From Nymphaea colorata (taxonomy: Eukaryota), in assembly GCF_008831285.2 (NCBI RefSeq), contig NC_045138.2:34720001-34784000 (forward strand): 64,000 nucleotides of DNA. Reading direction: 5' to 3'. Below, piece by piece: positions 49,789 to 63,657 of this stretch (its first letter is position 1; each line of letters opens with the position of its first letter). Both the position numbers and the translations under genes were made by a program. The notes beneath the pieces were generated by a model. That model was not told the origin of the DNA, made no database searches, and saw nothing but the letters and a program-made list of their open reading frames with translations.

Positions 49789-51491
49789 TGTGTCATTTTT
49801 GAATTACTTTTAAGATTTTAATTTCTAATCAGGCTTCGCTTGAGGATTGCGAGCAGTTGAAAAGTCTTGTTTTATCCTATAACTCTTGTTGGAGCAGCTA
49901 TTCTCTCTTCAGGTAGTGCCATTGTCTGAAACAAGTTTATCAAGAATCCTCAATCGTATCTTTGATGAAAGCCGGAAAAGAGTAACACTAAGTTAAAAGG
50001 TTGGAGGCACTTCCCAACTAGAAAGCAAAGTTCTCGCTGATAATATAAGCGATTCATTCCACATAAATTTTCAAATAATTTTTCTTAAAATGACTTTTTA
50101 AGCCACTTTCGCTGATTTACAGATGATTCAACTGAAAAACAAAATCGGCAGCTTGGTTGGTTGAATTTAAAACTGATTTTTACTAAAATTGGTTCTGGTA
50201 TCTTTCCGTTGCTCGTTCAAAACTTTCTTTGGCTTATTTTGCTTATGGTATGCTCCAATTGATTCTAAATCTCATTTGACTTGAAACCTTCAAGCTAGCC
50301 CAATCTTGCAATGTGTGGCAATTTCTCTCGAGTCAATGAGCTTGTTTTGTGGCAAAACTAACCGTTTTCTTTTTCGGGAATTTAGTCACACAAACATTGC
50401 CCAACCCTACTCGGGAGATGAAAACGTTTGGATGCTCTGCTTTTATGAGTCCCAAAAACTAGAGAAACGTTCCCGATTTCACAAGATGAAGCTGACTAGG
50501 CGGGCTTCAAGGTCATTGATCCGAATCTGTCTTGCCGACTAATGATGAAAGTTGAGCTTTTCCTCTGAGACCAAACATAATTTTTTGTACTATAAACTCT
50601 AGATGAGATAATGCACAAGAAGGCCGGATACTTCTAAAAGTGGGTTCGTCAAATGTTCGATTCCCAATTCCACATGATAAATGGAGAGATTCCTTTCTAC
50701 CGCTGCTATTGATTATATTTCACACAGCTTTTTACATTTTTGAGGTTTAAAAAAACCTAAAATGGTTACCTTCTATTATCAGACACGAACTAGGCAAAAT
50801 CGTGCCTGATTAATGATTATATCTACAAGGTGTCTCTGGAGTACTAGATTCTTGACGCCCTTACACTTCAACTTCGTCGGTCTACATTTGACGGAAAAAA
50901 AAAAGAAAAGAAAAGAAAACCTTCCATGGAGTTCCTTATGGAAAGCTACAAGAGTGCATGTATTTTGCTTTCGTAAGAGTTTTGACTATTTTTTATCATG
51001 CCAAATCCATTTGCCATGGCGTTTAGAAAAGCACAAAATCTATCTGTGATGTGACCTCCAGTATATTTAGCCGTTGCAAATCCGATCCGTAAGTCGTAAA
51101 CAATCCTTTCCGGATAACATGGTTTTTAAAGTTAGACTATGCACTGCCTAAGCAAAAGCTAATTATCACACGAACACACGACTGTTTAATTTCTTTGCAA
51201 GCGTAACCTGAGTACAATCTAAGCAGCACAAGTGACGAGAATTCCTTAGTCCTGATTCAAGGTGTAATGGACTAAAGCTAATAGCACATTTGGTCATCAC
51301 TTACCTTTACTGAACGTCGATCTTTATTGCCAAATAAAGGTGGAAATACTTACGGGAAGATCTGCACACAAGGAGGAAGGCAGCAAAGTTCGACTATAGT
51401 TTACCATCATCACAAACGGAATGTCCCATGAAGCCCCACTGTACGCCTATGATGATCCAGAAGCCAACAACCTGGAATGCATGGGAGAAGA

Positions 51492-51529
<38 letters not shown>

Positions 51530-52557
51530 CAACTTAGCCTCCAGAAGACATGGACGCCTTAACTGACAATGCAAACCGTTAGAGGTCAAGTCAGAATTAG
51601 GTCCTGTACAGTAAAAACGGGCAATCCACAAATAAGATCCAACCCGTTTATTTCCAAACCTAATGTTGGGAAACAAGAGAAACCACTGGCACTCCCAGTT
51701 GGGCCTGTAACTCAAGAAAGCTTTTTAGCAACAGGTGTTGTCTCGTTTCGGCACAACATGTACATCTACTAATAACTGACATAGTTCTAAATATATCATT
51801 CTAAAAAGGTTGATAGCTGCCAGAAATGCTTGTTTTCCAAAAGGTACTTTGCCAATGCAAAATAGAAATCAGACAAATTTAGGTCCAATAAACTTACAGT
51901 TCAAATTCATCAATTTTCAATACTGGAAAGTACATCCTCTACTAAAAAGCCTGCTCAAACTGACATGGTATTACTTCTTCATGAGCTTGATCTTGGCTCC
52001 ACTTGTTGCAAAAGCAAGCTAGGCACATTTGGCTTGTTTACAACTCTTTTGACACCAGGCTTTTTCTGCTGCGTCAGATGAAAAAACATTTGGACCTGCT
52101 TTCAGCCTCCATCTAAGAGGAGAATATGCAAATCTAATAATTTGCAACTGCACTACAAGGATAATGTGAAAATGGATTATTTCAACATTCTCAGCTTCCA
52201 TTACAAATAAAACACATACCGCACGCTTGCACTCATACAAATCAGTAGTTCCAACTCTTCCCACATAAAAAGAAGTGCACAAATGTATAGCTACCACAAA
52301 ATCAGGTACAAGTTTGCCATCCTACATGTTGATGTTTCCCAGAGGCAAATGACTTTTTATTGCCAACAGAATGAAATTAGGTGACTTCCATACTTATGGA
52401 AGAATGTAACATTTTCTTTTGAAAGAATCGACCTACATTACTTGCATGACATATACAAATGGCAGATTCTATTCCACCATCAAAGGAGGGAAGTGTGGGG
52501 GGAAAGGGAAGACAGAGATAGAGATACTCTAATACGTATCTAGTTACTCATGCCTTG

Positions 52558-55500
52558 TCATAGGAGCTTGCTTGTACGTCGCTTTGATGAGCCACCAGGA
52601 AAAAGTTTCATTATCCAACCCAAAACTCTTTCAACCACCTGAGGTCATTAACAATAGAAACAAAAGAGTTACTTGTTTTTTTTTTTTGTGTACGCACAGT
52701 CAAAATAAATCACTCCTGTATCTGCGTACAACAATTTAAATTATTGGAAGTGCAAGCTCAAGGCAGAAGATAAATATATTCAATTGACTTGAATAAAATT
52801 CTTCCCTTCATGTCCTTTGTATCACATGATATCAATGCCATCATTTTGGGGGATACTAGTTCCAATATCTGTCAGCTATATCTTGAAGATAGTGATACAT
52901 TGTCAAAAATGAATATGGCAGCCGCATGGCACAAAAGATTTATGACCATGCGTTCAAATTTTGAAATATAAAAAAATAAAGGAGGAAAAATATCGAAAAT
53001 GTGGAAGGTAAAGTTTTAAGAAAACAAAAGCATCCCATGATAATATTGCTATACATTTAATTATGGAAGTATTACCACTCACCAGTATTTGCCTTCTAAA
53101 CAACCCAAATGGACCTTCATATCAATAATTTAAGCAATCACCAGTAGTTATGACTAACGTCCGGATTGTAGTTCTCTATATTCATAAGGTTCCAGCCTTA
53201 AAAAAGGAATAAACCAACATGACAGCCATCTGATGTAAAGTCTCCGTTTATGGTGACTGGACTATCCAAAGGAGCCAAGCACTGATTACAAAGTGTTCAG
53301 CTTTAGCAAAACAAAAATGAGCTTTGCCTTCTATTGTTTAGGAGGGTAATGGACAAAAGGATAACTATATGATGCTGATGGATTGGTAAAAGAACCTACT
53401 GTAGACAAATTACCAAGTGTTCAAGCTTTGCAGGTGCCAGTTTTTCAAAACCTTCATGCGGAAATTCAGCACAAGCGTAAGTTGCAATACGGAAAGAGCT
53501 GTTGTGACACCAAATTTGATGTTAAGAAATTTATCCTCTTGCGGAGTCTTGTTTGTCCATCCTACCGTTCCGCAGAAACATTATAGTACACAAGCATCAC
53601 TTAACCTTATGCCAAGTTAGAATTTATGTAGCTTCAAGGAGATGTGATACTAAGACCCCTGAAAAAGTTAATGGTGTGGAGTCAACCTAACTTTTTCCTT
53701 TTTGACCAACAATCTAACTCATCTTGCATACATTCAATGGAGACACATCAGCACATTTCTCTTAGGATTCTTTGAACTTTTTAGCCTTAAGAGATCGTAC
53801 CTAGCAGATAGAAACTACAATTATATATATATGTAGAGAGAGAGAGAGAGAGAGAGAAATTGATGATGCTAAAAACTGTTGCAAAAGGTGCATTGGCAAC
53901 ACGACCAATTGCTTGGTCACAGTTTTCAGCAACAAAATATACTTATAGTTTCTTACTGCTCAAACTTAAAAAGACAACCATCTGGCTACAAAGGTAGCCG
54001 ACTGATTTTAATTTCTATACATATACATATATATAGAAATGGAAATCAGGCAGGCTACCACTATGGTCAGATGTTTTTTTTTTTTTTAAATTGTATCACT
54101 AAAAACCATTGTTATCGCCACCTGTTTAGGCCCAAACACCTTCTGAGATGGTTTTTAACGGCACAAAATAAAAAAACAACCATCTTGCCATAAAGGTAGC
54201 CAACTTATTTGAATTTTCCATATATACAGAGGAATTGGTTCAACTGGCTACCCCTGTTGCCGGATGTTTATTTTTCTAGTTTTTGTGTCATTAAAGGCCA
54301 TTGCAAAAGGTGCATTGGAGATTACCAGTTGCTTGGCATGGTTTTTGAAGACGGAACGTACCTTTTGCGATAGTTTTTAACAACACAAAATAAAAAAACA
54401 ACCATCCGACCATGGAAGTAGTTGTCTGATTCACACACGCACACACACACATTTAACATTTTTTTGCATTTCAAGGAGATGGTACACATGTTTATGTAGT
54501 AAGTGCTATAACCTAAGGTATGATGCCGAACAAATTTCATGTCAAATATAGCAAGATCAAATCAAATGTACTTTCTGTATGCACTTTGTATGCTTCACTA
54601 GCAACCACAGAACAAATAAACCCTTTTGAATGCATGTCTTTAGGCTACTTCATAATTTGTTTACCTATGTTCTGGTTTGGATTCAACCAAGTAGCTATCT
54701 GTCTATAAATATCAGGAGAAGAACAAGAAAAATGTATTATCAAAGATTTGAGCTTCACTTCTACATCATGCCAAGCGTTTTACAGTCTACTTTGTAAGAA
54801 ACTTTATTATCTCGAGCATGCATGCATTATTTAGCTTTAAGATTGTTGTTTGCATTGACCCTTTCTCTAAACGGGCAAAGAAAAAGGTATTCCTATAAAT
54901 ACTTGGAAATAGGAAAAGAACAAAAAAGGGAAAGAGATACCTCATCCCCTTCGTCAGCATACGTTGTAACACTTTGTACATTATGAGATTCTGCCAGCCT
55001 CATTGTTGGTTGCTCGTGAGCGATATTTTGGGCAATTAAGAGCTCTAGCCTTTGGGTCTGAGCTTCCAACTTTTGTGATAATTCTTTGTTCAGATCCTTT
55101 ACAAAAAATAACAGCTCAGTAAGTGTCAGAAGATGCATCACACAAATATCCAAAAGGAACCAGCTCCAACATAATATTTCAAGGTTTCAAAATAAAGTTC
55201 ACCAGCACAGATGGGTTACACTCAAGCTTCAATGACCTGATCTCAAGTTGATCTAGTCTAACTGTCTGGTTGATGGATCCCAACCCACTGATAGTCAGCT
55301 TTGATTCATGGCAATCAAGACACGAATAGACAAGAAGCAAGATATGCACAAGCATTAATGTCACCCATGTTTTAAAATGCATTACCATCATGATACCAAT
55401 TACTGCACTTAGGACGTTACAATCGACCCCCCTCCCCATCCCCCTCCCCCCCAAAAAAAAAAAAATAATAGTAATAATAATTAGATGTTTCAGTCAAAAT

Positions 55501-57957
55501 TGATGTGCACCCTGCAAACCAATACGAAATGTTAGACATCCCAAGTACAATTTTACCATATAGAGCTGCATGGCATGAAAAACTGTAAATTTATTTTTTT
55601 CCAACCCATGTATTTGTTGGTTCCTAGAGAAGTACATGTCAAGTATAACAACAAGATTCTTCATAAACTTTCAAAGGGATACAGAAAAAAAAAAATGTTT
55701 GTATCTAAGCAGCATTCTATCTGCACAACAAAAATTTGTTCATTCAAATTATAAACAAGATAGAAGCACAATAGAAATTGGGATACCTTGTTCTTAGTTG
55801 AAAAAATTACCAAAAGTCAATTGGACATGATGGAATGGGCATATAACCAATTAATCGATGTAGATGTTGACTTACTTTTAAATGAGAAGCATGTGAGGAT
55901 TTAGAAGCCAGTTCTTGTACCAACTCTTCTTTCTCCAATGCTAGCTGCAAAAACAGAAGTTTTGACTAAAACAACAAAATCCAATTGGCAGAAAGTGTGA
56001 GTGAACAGAGACCTTGCAAACTATGCAGCAACAATACAAAATGGTCAAAAGAGTGTCTGTGGCACAACCTGACCCAAAAAAAAAAAAAAGGAAGGTACAG
56101 AGTTTGAGTTCGAGCTTTCTGAAAACCAGAAAGCACATACCTCTGCAATAAGGGAATTAATGTTCTCAACCATCTGCAACTGATCTGACGGAATGGATGC
56201 AGAAGTAGATACAAGAGGAAATGCAACATCTGGCATTGAGGAACAGCTAGCAGACATAATATTCTGTTCAAGGGAAAAAGATTCTGCTTCCAGCTTGCCA
56301 TGATCAATGGCATTAGAAACCACACCTGGAAAACAAGTTTCACTACCACCTGCTGCCAACATACCTGGCCAATAATTAGGTGGTGAACCCACAAAGGAGC
56401 TAATGCAAACGAAAAAAAAAATGAACACTTGCTGTTAAACTAACAAAATTACCTAAATCGTCAGTGGATGTTGATGCATCTTTTGTAACATTGCTTGCCT
56501 TTCGAGTATCAACTGATTTTCCATTAGAAGAGGCCTTAAGTAACTTGGACTGTAGCACTTTTTTTTCTGTAATGCCAAGAAGCATTGAAGAATAAGACAG
56601 AAGCATACAAAAGGAGAAAAAGTTGTAAATGAAGTTCAATCCAATGTTACAAGAAACACATATACATCAAATCGGAGCAGGTATATTCCTTGGATAAATA
56701 GAACAAAGGAAGTGATCATGAATTTCTGTTTAGCTACTGAAGGGTATGTTTCCCCATATTCTGTAATTAATTGACAAGTACTATTACTGAAGGATCTGCA
56801 AAACTCATTAACCAGTATATATATAAGAGCATCATCTATATCTTAGGATGTTAAATAGTATATCATAAAACAAAAACTGATTATTGTGTGTGCAGCCATG
56901 CACATACAGATACAACACATAAAAGTCATATACAATGTACAATATTTGGAAAATATTGCAAGATTATAATGAGATATTCCTTGATCAAATCAAAGGAAAA
57001 ATTCTGTGGTAGCTTCAGGGCAGTCACAGAGCTTGTTAATATTTTGAATATAGCTTTCTGTTGGAGAAATTGGCAAAATAACATAAAACATAAAGTCCAA
57101 CAAAATATAGAAAATTGAGGAAAATTTAAATATCTTGTGACAATGTCATGATAATATTACCATGTTATCATGGAAATTCCTTCCATTGAGTGCTTAATAG
57201 CCTTTACCATTTTTCCTTTAAGTTTTTCATAATTCTGTAGATTAACTGCACATTTCCAGATAGTAGCGAGGAATATGGACCAGTATATGTGTTGAGAAAG
57301 AAAGAGAGAGAGAGAGAGAGATGACGTACCCCTTATGTCACACGGACTCTTAAAAAAAGGGGCAGCACCTGCGTCGATGCGATGCGGGTGTGGCTCCAAC
57401 ACACATCGCAACCACACCCTCTCCTATTCACTTTCAAAAATTTTTCTCCTCTTTCTTTTTCTTCTCTCTCTCCCACTTTTTCTTTATTTAGAGTAATAAA
57501 ACTAAGAAAAATGACAGATTAATTATATATATATATATATATATTATAAATACATATATTTATATACACAATATATATATGTACACCCTTGCCGCACCCC
57601 TTCACCCAAGTCTTTTGAGATGTGCGGCACCGGCATCTGCATCCGTCCCTGCATCTATGTGACATTGGGTGCCCCATAAGTGTACCCTCTGAGCTTGCAA
57701 ACACTATTATTCTTCAAACTTTTAAGTTCCGTTGACAATCAAAACTTCCAGGTATGATCTACATATACTATCTAGAAGATATTAAGATTGGGAAAGTGTA
57801 AGTATGATGTACATGCATGATTTGTAAAACTTTCATATTCAACAGCTTACAACATAGGTGCGGAATGTGCGTGCGGGTGCCATAGCAGCACATCCCCAAA
57901 AATTTAGGTGTGGTGGAGCGCTGCGGCGAGAGTATTTATTATTATTATTAATTTATT

Positions 57958-58012
<55 letters not shown>

Positions 58013-59685
58013 AATTAAGAAATAAAGAAATTAAGAGTATACACTATAGTCTATATACTCTACACTACACACTATATGGGTAAATTATATATGAATGTTA
58101 TATATTACATATACGTTATAACGTTTTGTGTATATGAATGTAACATATTAAGCATTAACATGCTTACAAAGTACAAACATTAAACAAATAAACGAAAAAA
58201 ACAAAAACAAGACGAAGCAGAATGTAGACAAATAAAAACTATTAAATACTCAGACAAAAATCGTGAAATTTTCATTCTTGGCGAGATCTTCAAAATCAAA
58301 ATCTCGCAATATTTTCTCTTTTTTTCGTTTTATTTGATTTTTTCGTAAATATCGCGATATCCATGACACTACTTTCAAGTTCAAGTATCATTTTCGGGTT
58401 TTTATCAGTTTTTCATCAAAGTTTCTTTCGTGGGAACACCTCAGCAAAACTTAGCACTTTTTTTTAAAAAAAATGAAACAAATTCAAAAAGTTTAAGCAG
58501 AAATAAAATAAATGATAAAAATATCTAAATAGAATGACAAAAATGACGTATGTGATAATAAAAATTAAACCAAAAAATGAAACAGAGAAAATACATACGG
58601 GTGTGCTTCCAGCAACATTGCACAGTGGTGGCTAACTTGCATCTCATGTTTTAAATGAAAACAAAGCGAAAGCCAGGGCTTAAAAGCCCTAAAGATGTAT
58701 CAACTTCCCCTTTTACCATTAAAAAGCAATTACATGTCCAATAATGGCATTTTTACCTCTCTTTTTAACATAAATTGACTTTTTTCAAAAACAAAAACAC
58801 CACTTGGTTTTCCTTTCTTTTTGTGTTAATATCACAATATTTTCAAACACATCACAATATTTGTGGCTATTATTCAAAGGTAATTAAGAATATTTACTCA
58901 TCAGTTCCATTTCTGAATTGCAAGAGGATGGTTGACAATTGAGAAGGGCGACAATTATGATGGAACTATAGTTAGATACTGCACTAGAGGTTAAAAAATC
59001 TTCAAAATTTCAAACCAACTACAATCATAATACCGTACCTTCCTGCAAAGCATCAATTGTCGACTGTAAGTTTCTGTGTTCCTTCTCTAAATTAGAAGCC
59101 TTTTTCCTGCATATAAACAACATTGTCTCAGTTTGCCTGTTTCACAAAAATACAATTATCACACTCTAAAGCACAGAGTTCATTGACCAGATTTATACAC
59201 AATAAACTTAATTAGAAGAAGATATCATCAACGGACACATCACTCATCCACAGAAGCCAAACTACTATAACAACTCTTAGAAATAGTTCAAGACAACATT
59301 TCCAATAAGACAAAAAGTAGGAAAATAATGGTTATAGTGGCTCACCTTAATTCTTCAATCGTGTGCAAACAACTCTCCTTTACCAAAAGACTCAAGAGGG
59401 CAAATCCTTGCTTAAGTAAAGGAAGAAGAGAAAGCAAGTAAACATCCGTTTAGGCTCCTTCAAAGCCACACATATATAGATGAATGGAAGAGAATAGAAG
59501 CAAATGATCTGTTCAACTAGTTATAGAGTGAAAAATTGATACTTTATGAAGACAGAGTGTCTGGGACATGGCTTTGATGACACTCCATCTCATACAGCTA
59601 TTGAATTATGTGTAGACTATGTTACATAGGTACAGGTATGAGTACAGACCATTTTCAAAAAACTTGGGTGTGGGGGTATGGTCGT

Positions 59686-59719
<34 letters not shown>

Positions 59720-62700
59720 AAGAAAAAATACTTAGAAAATATATATCAAAATAAAAAAAATATATCAATATAAACAAATAAACAACATAGAAAATATATA
59801 TCAAGGGATATTGCAGCAGTGTTTTTAAGAAACCTATGAAAAACTTTAAACATATGGACAACCGAGCAGCCCCCTAGACAGTCAAATATAAACATTAGTC
59901 GAATTTTCATGCAGGAAAACAAAAATAATACTAAGAACAACAATAAAAAAGAAAAAATAGTTAATGCACAAAGGTCGCTGGAAGTTGCTGGACATCGCCG
60001 GAGGTCGCTGGACGTCGCCCACAATTTTGTCAAGGCTCTGCGTTTTTGAAAGGAAATAAGAAAAAAAAAAAAGAACCTAAGTTTTGGACGAAAATGAACT
60101 CGGTCAACATTGACCGAGTCTGTTTTTGGACAGATACGGACCTGGGTACGTTTGTACTCGATACCTGTTGACTTGTACCTGAGCCACACCCGACATTGTA
60201 CCCGTGTTGCAACAGACTCGTACGGGTACTCCACCAAAATTAAGGTACCCATGTTACATAGTATGTAGACAAGTGTTGGCTTGTCCATAAATGAGTCAAA
60301 AACATGACAGACCTCCCAACAGTGGACATGGTAAAAACATGAGTGTTCCACCTTCCTTTGCCATGACATGCAAGATTACCCTATAGATAAATAATAACCC
60401 TTTCATTTCTGTGTTCTATTCTTGCTCCCATATGTATTAGGTGCAACTGCAGCTCTCCTCCTGTGTGTGTTTCCCTCTTCTCCATTGGTATACCTAGTCC
60501 TTGTTAGCAGCTTTGTTTGCGAGGAACAGTAGTTTGAAGAAGCGGCAGTTACCTATGGGTCATAGAAACTTTATCCTTGAGAGGACGGTAAAGATCATTG
60601 TTTATCCTCTCCATCCCCCGACCCCCTCCCTGCGAGTCTGCTGCCACTACCTACCATTAGGTGTGAATCAACAAGAATCCTCTAGATTCGGCTTTCTTTG
60701 TGGTCATGATCATCACTCCATGATATCAATCCCCTTAGCTAGTCATTACCATTCACCATATGAGAATGAGAAGTCATGGAGCATTAAGAACGTTGACCGC
60801 TCTTCACATTTATGGGTCAATTCTTGATTAGGGTTAGCCCACTGAGAGTGCTTGTGTTGTTCTGACCTCCGGCATGGTTTTAGTCATCATCACCTTGCCC
60901 TTTGTGATCTTCCACTGAATGCCTAACAATTTAAAGGTGTGAAAAAAAAAGAGCAACATATCAGGGATTTGGTTGAGATAGTTTTCACCATTGCTTCTGC
61001 TTCTAGGATCATTGTTTCTTGGCACCTTTCTTGATAAAAAAAAATTGTGGTTACTATATCTAAATATGAATAATGATTTGCAAGAATAACAGCTTATCTT
61101 TTTTATATAGCTAAGGTGTAAAGTGAGAGCAGTAAAGCTTAGTGATACCAGTATTGACAATGTCTCTTTCTCATGAAGTTGAACAAACATGTGGTCATTG
61201 TCACATTACATGCAGAAACCATTCTATTTCACATTAAACTCATGCATGCTTGGGTTTCAATACAACCAGTTGTAGCCAACCAAACCATGAGCATTTTTGG
61301 CACAAGTTTCAAAACTACTACTAATAAGCTCTCCTGGTTTATGAAAAATCTGTTCTTCATCCATAGTGGCGATGTGGTCAAAATATTAAGAATGCAATGC
61401 CCTTACTGTAATTTAACTATCCACTTTCCGTCTTGTTATCAACCAGAAACAAACACTCAATGAGTATCAGACCTCATACTGACCTCAGACAAACATGGTG
61501 GCCATAGACGAATATTCTGCAACAGGAGCCCCTGTTAGCCCGTCTCAGACCATGTGTAGATGGACCTTCAGCCCAAATGAACAAACATGCCTTCGGAGAT
61601 CTCCCCTACCTTTTACAGTCTTAATGATAAATAAAGGTCACAGGAAATTCTACCTAATTTTATCACTTTCCAAGCCCTCCAAGGTCCTTGAACCAAATAT
61701 ATTCTTTAAGGAAGCACCACTTCCAAACCAAGCCAGCAACTAGATGTGTCTCACTAGTAGGAAGCACAAAAAAAAATTTAAAACAAAAAGCATATATATT
61801 TAAGGATATTATCGTTGATGCAAATTTCAGACCTATTACCTACCAAAAACCGGTGGATTATTAGAAATTTCTCAGCAGTACCCTTGTTTATTTGGCTATC
61901 ATGTGCCTGGCCATATAGGTAACCTCATTAGAAGCAACGATTTTGATGCAACTGATTGCAGCCCAGGTGCTATTTGGTGGCACTTCAAGCATCTCCAGAT
62001 GCATGTGGCAACATAGACTCTCCAGATTTCCAGCCACATGAACTCAATTTTCCCACAAAGGAAACTTTCAGTCCTGAGTACAATGGGCCCTAATATCCAA
62101 ACGCAAAATCTGACTAAGGTCTAATCATATGTAACGTATTAGCTGCTTCCAATAGTATTTTAGGAGTTTCTGTAATCCAGGTACAAACCTGACTTGGTTT
62201 TGATTTAACTTTTTACTCTCCATTGTCAATTTCATAATGACCATAATAATGTCATCAAGATATTGAGTGGAGGTAGAGAGCTGAATAGAATCAAGGACAA
62301 CATTATTGGATGGAAAAGTACTGTGGCTTTCATCAAGTCCCAAACCTGGACAGCTAACAACATCAAGACCTATAACAAGACACAAGGAATCTTTCCACCT
62401 CAACCATTCAATCCTCTAGTATATCATTTCTATAATAATAGAAAAATCAAGCAACAAACAAGATATGTTAGGAAGAAGTGGAATTATTGATTACTTGTAT
62501 GAACCTGGACTGCTAACAACATCAAGACCTATAACAATGCACAAGGAATCTTTCAACCTCAACCATTCAATCCTTCTAGTATATCATTTCTATAATAATA
62601 GAAAAATCAAGCAACAAACAAGATATGTTAGGAAGAAGTGGAATTATTGATTACTTGTATGAAGCTATTTCAGCATTTGAGCTCTCTAGTTGTTTTTCCA

Positions 62701-62731
62701 GCTTTAGTTCATTTGATCGCAATCTGAGTGC
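52558..62731 (-). CDS. BLI: BLISTER-like coiled-coil protein, C-terminal exons; gene continues off the right edge
   Basis: Exons 62731-62655, 59106-59039, 56566-56453, 56364-56141, 55944-55876, 55096-54941 and 52638-52558 are in phase: ALRLRSNELKLEKQLE, LQSTIDALQEEKKVLQ, INSLIAELALEKEELVQEL, LNKELSQKLEAQTQRLELL, ADEGDEVVERVLGWIMKLFPGGSSKRRTSKLL*. Confidence 0.92.
57333..57667. mobile_element. Short element of the CTATGTCAC family
   Basis: Ends TTATGTCACA / TGTGACATTG; degenerate 8-bp TSD CGTACCCC / GGTGCCCC; GCACC/GGTG subterminal motifs like the 36814 element. Confidence 0.6.
59617..60261. mobile_element. hAT-like element, close relative of the Pack element at 5570-6824 but without the MGL cargo
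   Basis: TIRs CTATGTTACAT / ATGTTACATAG; 8-bp TSD TGTGTAGA / TATGTAGA. It shares GACCATTTT-AAAAAACTTGGGT, ACTCGGTCAA--TTGACCG-GTC and the terminal GGGTAC...GTACCC. Confidence 0.85.
61600..62330 (-). mobile_element. Highly decayed LINE reverse transcriptase remnant
   Basis: In order on the minus strand: QYLDDIIMV (YADD-like), GLKVS, K*HLG (KYLG-like) and VW..C...GGLG. Multiple frameshifts. Confidence 0.55.
62343..62663. repeat. 160-bp tandem duplication overlapping a BLISTER 5' splice site
   Basis: AACCTGGAC-GCTAACAACATCAAGACC...GGAATTATTGATTACTTGTATGAA occurs twice with period 160. Confidence 0.92.
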
Positions 62732-63622
62732 CTGTTCAAAAAGGTTGTAGGAAAAAATTAAGAACGAACTGAAACTAAGAAAAGGAGAATACTCTAGATA
62801 ACCTTTTGATATACCCATGCAGAAAACAAGAAAATACTAGTATGGCAAGATTGACCAGGCCAGGCTTTCTGCAATGATTTGCAAATTTTTTTTAACTCCA
62901 ATTTGGCTTTTTGACAAAGCTGAGGTTTTTTTTGTGGTTTTACATAGAAAATAATGGACTCAAACAATAAGAGAATGTGCATATGCATGAGGGATATATT
63001 CTGAAAAACACAACCCACATGGTAGGAAGCATATACATCACATGATTTAGGCATAAAATGCATCATCTGAGTGGTTAAGAAAGATCAAATGTGGAAAAAA
63101 GACCATCTGAGAAGCAAGCAAGCAAGCATACAGAGTAGAGACACAAGCACAAACTGGCAACATGGTGGGAAGAAATTCCCCACGTTGGAGGAGTATGGAC
63201 AGAGGGCCATCAGAATAACATGAAGCATGCTCCTAAAACATTATGCATCCAGCATGTCTTCCATGTCCTAATAGTAATAGCACTATAGTAGCAATATTCG
63301 ATGAATCAATTAATTACGTCTCATGCACCAAACTCCTGTTGTCCATATCCTAAGGTTGTGTTTGAAACCACATACATTTTGTCTGCACAGCCATTCAGCT
63401 ACAGAAAATAATTTTTGGGATGCACACATCCCTTTCTTCAAAAAACAAGGGGGAGAAATGTCAGGAGTCGGGGGTCTAACTTCCTCACCCAAATTTAAGG
63501 ATATGGCAGCTTTAACCTAACAACCTCCCTTTCCATTGTGTGGCTTATGTGCAAAGCCCCATTCCCCATCATCTGCCCCTCACTATGAGCATGCATGAAG
63601 AGCCCTCCAATGACCTCAGGTT

Positions 63623-63657
<35 letters not shown>

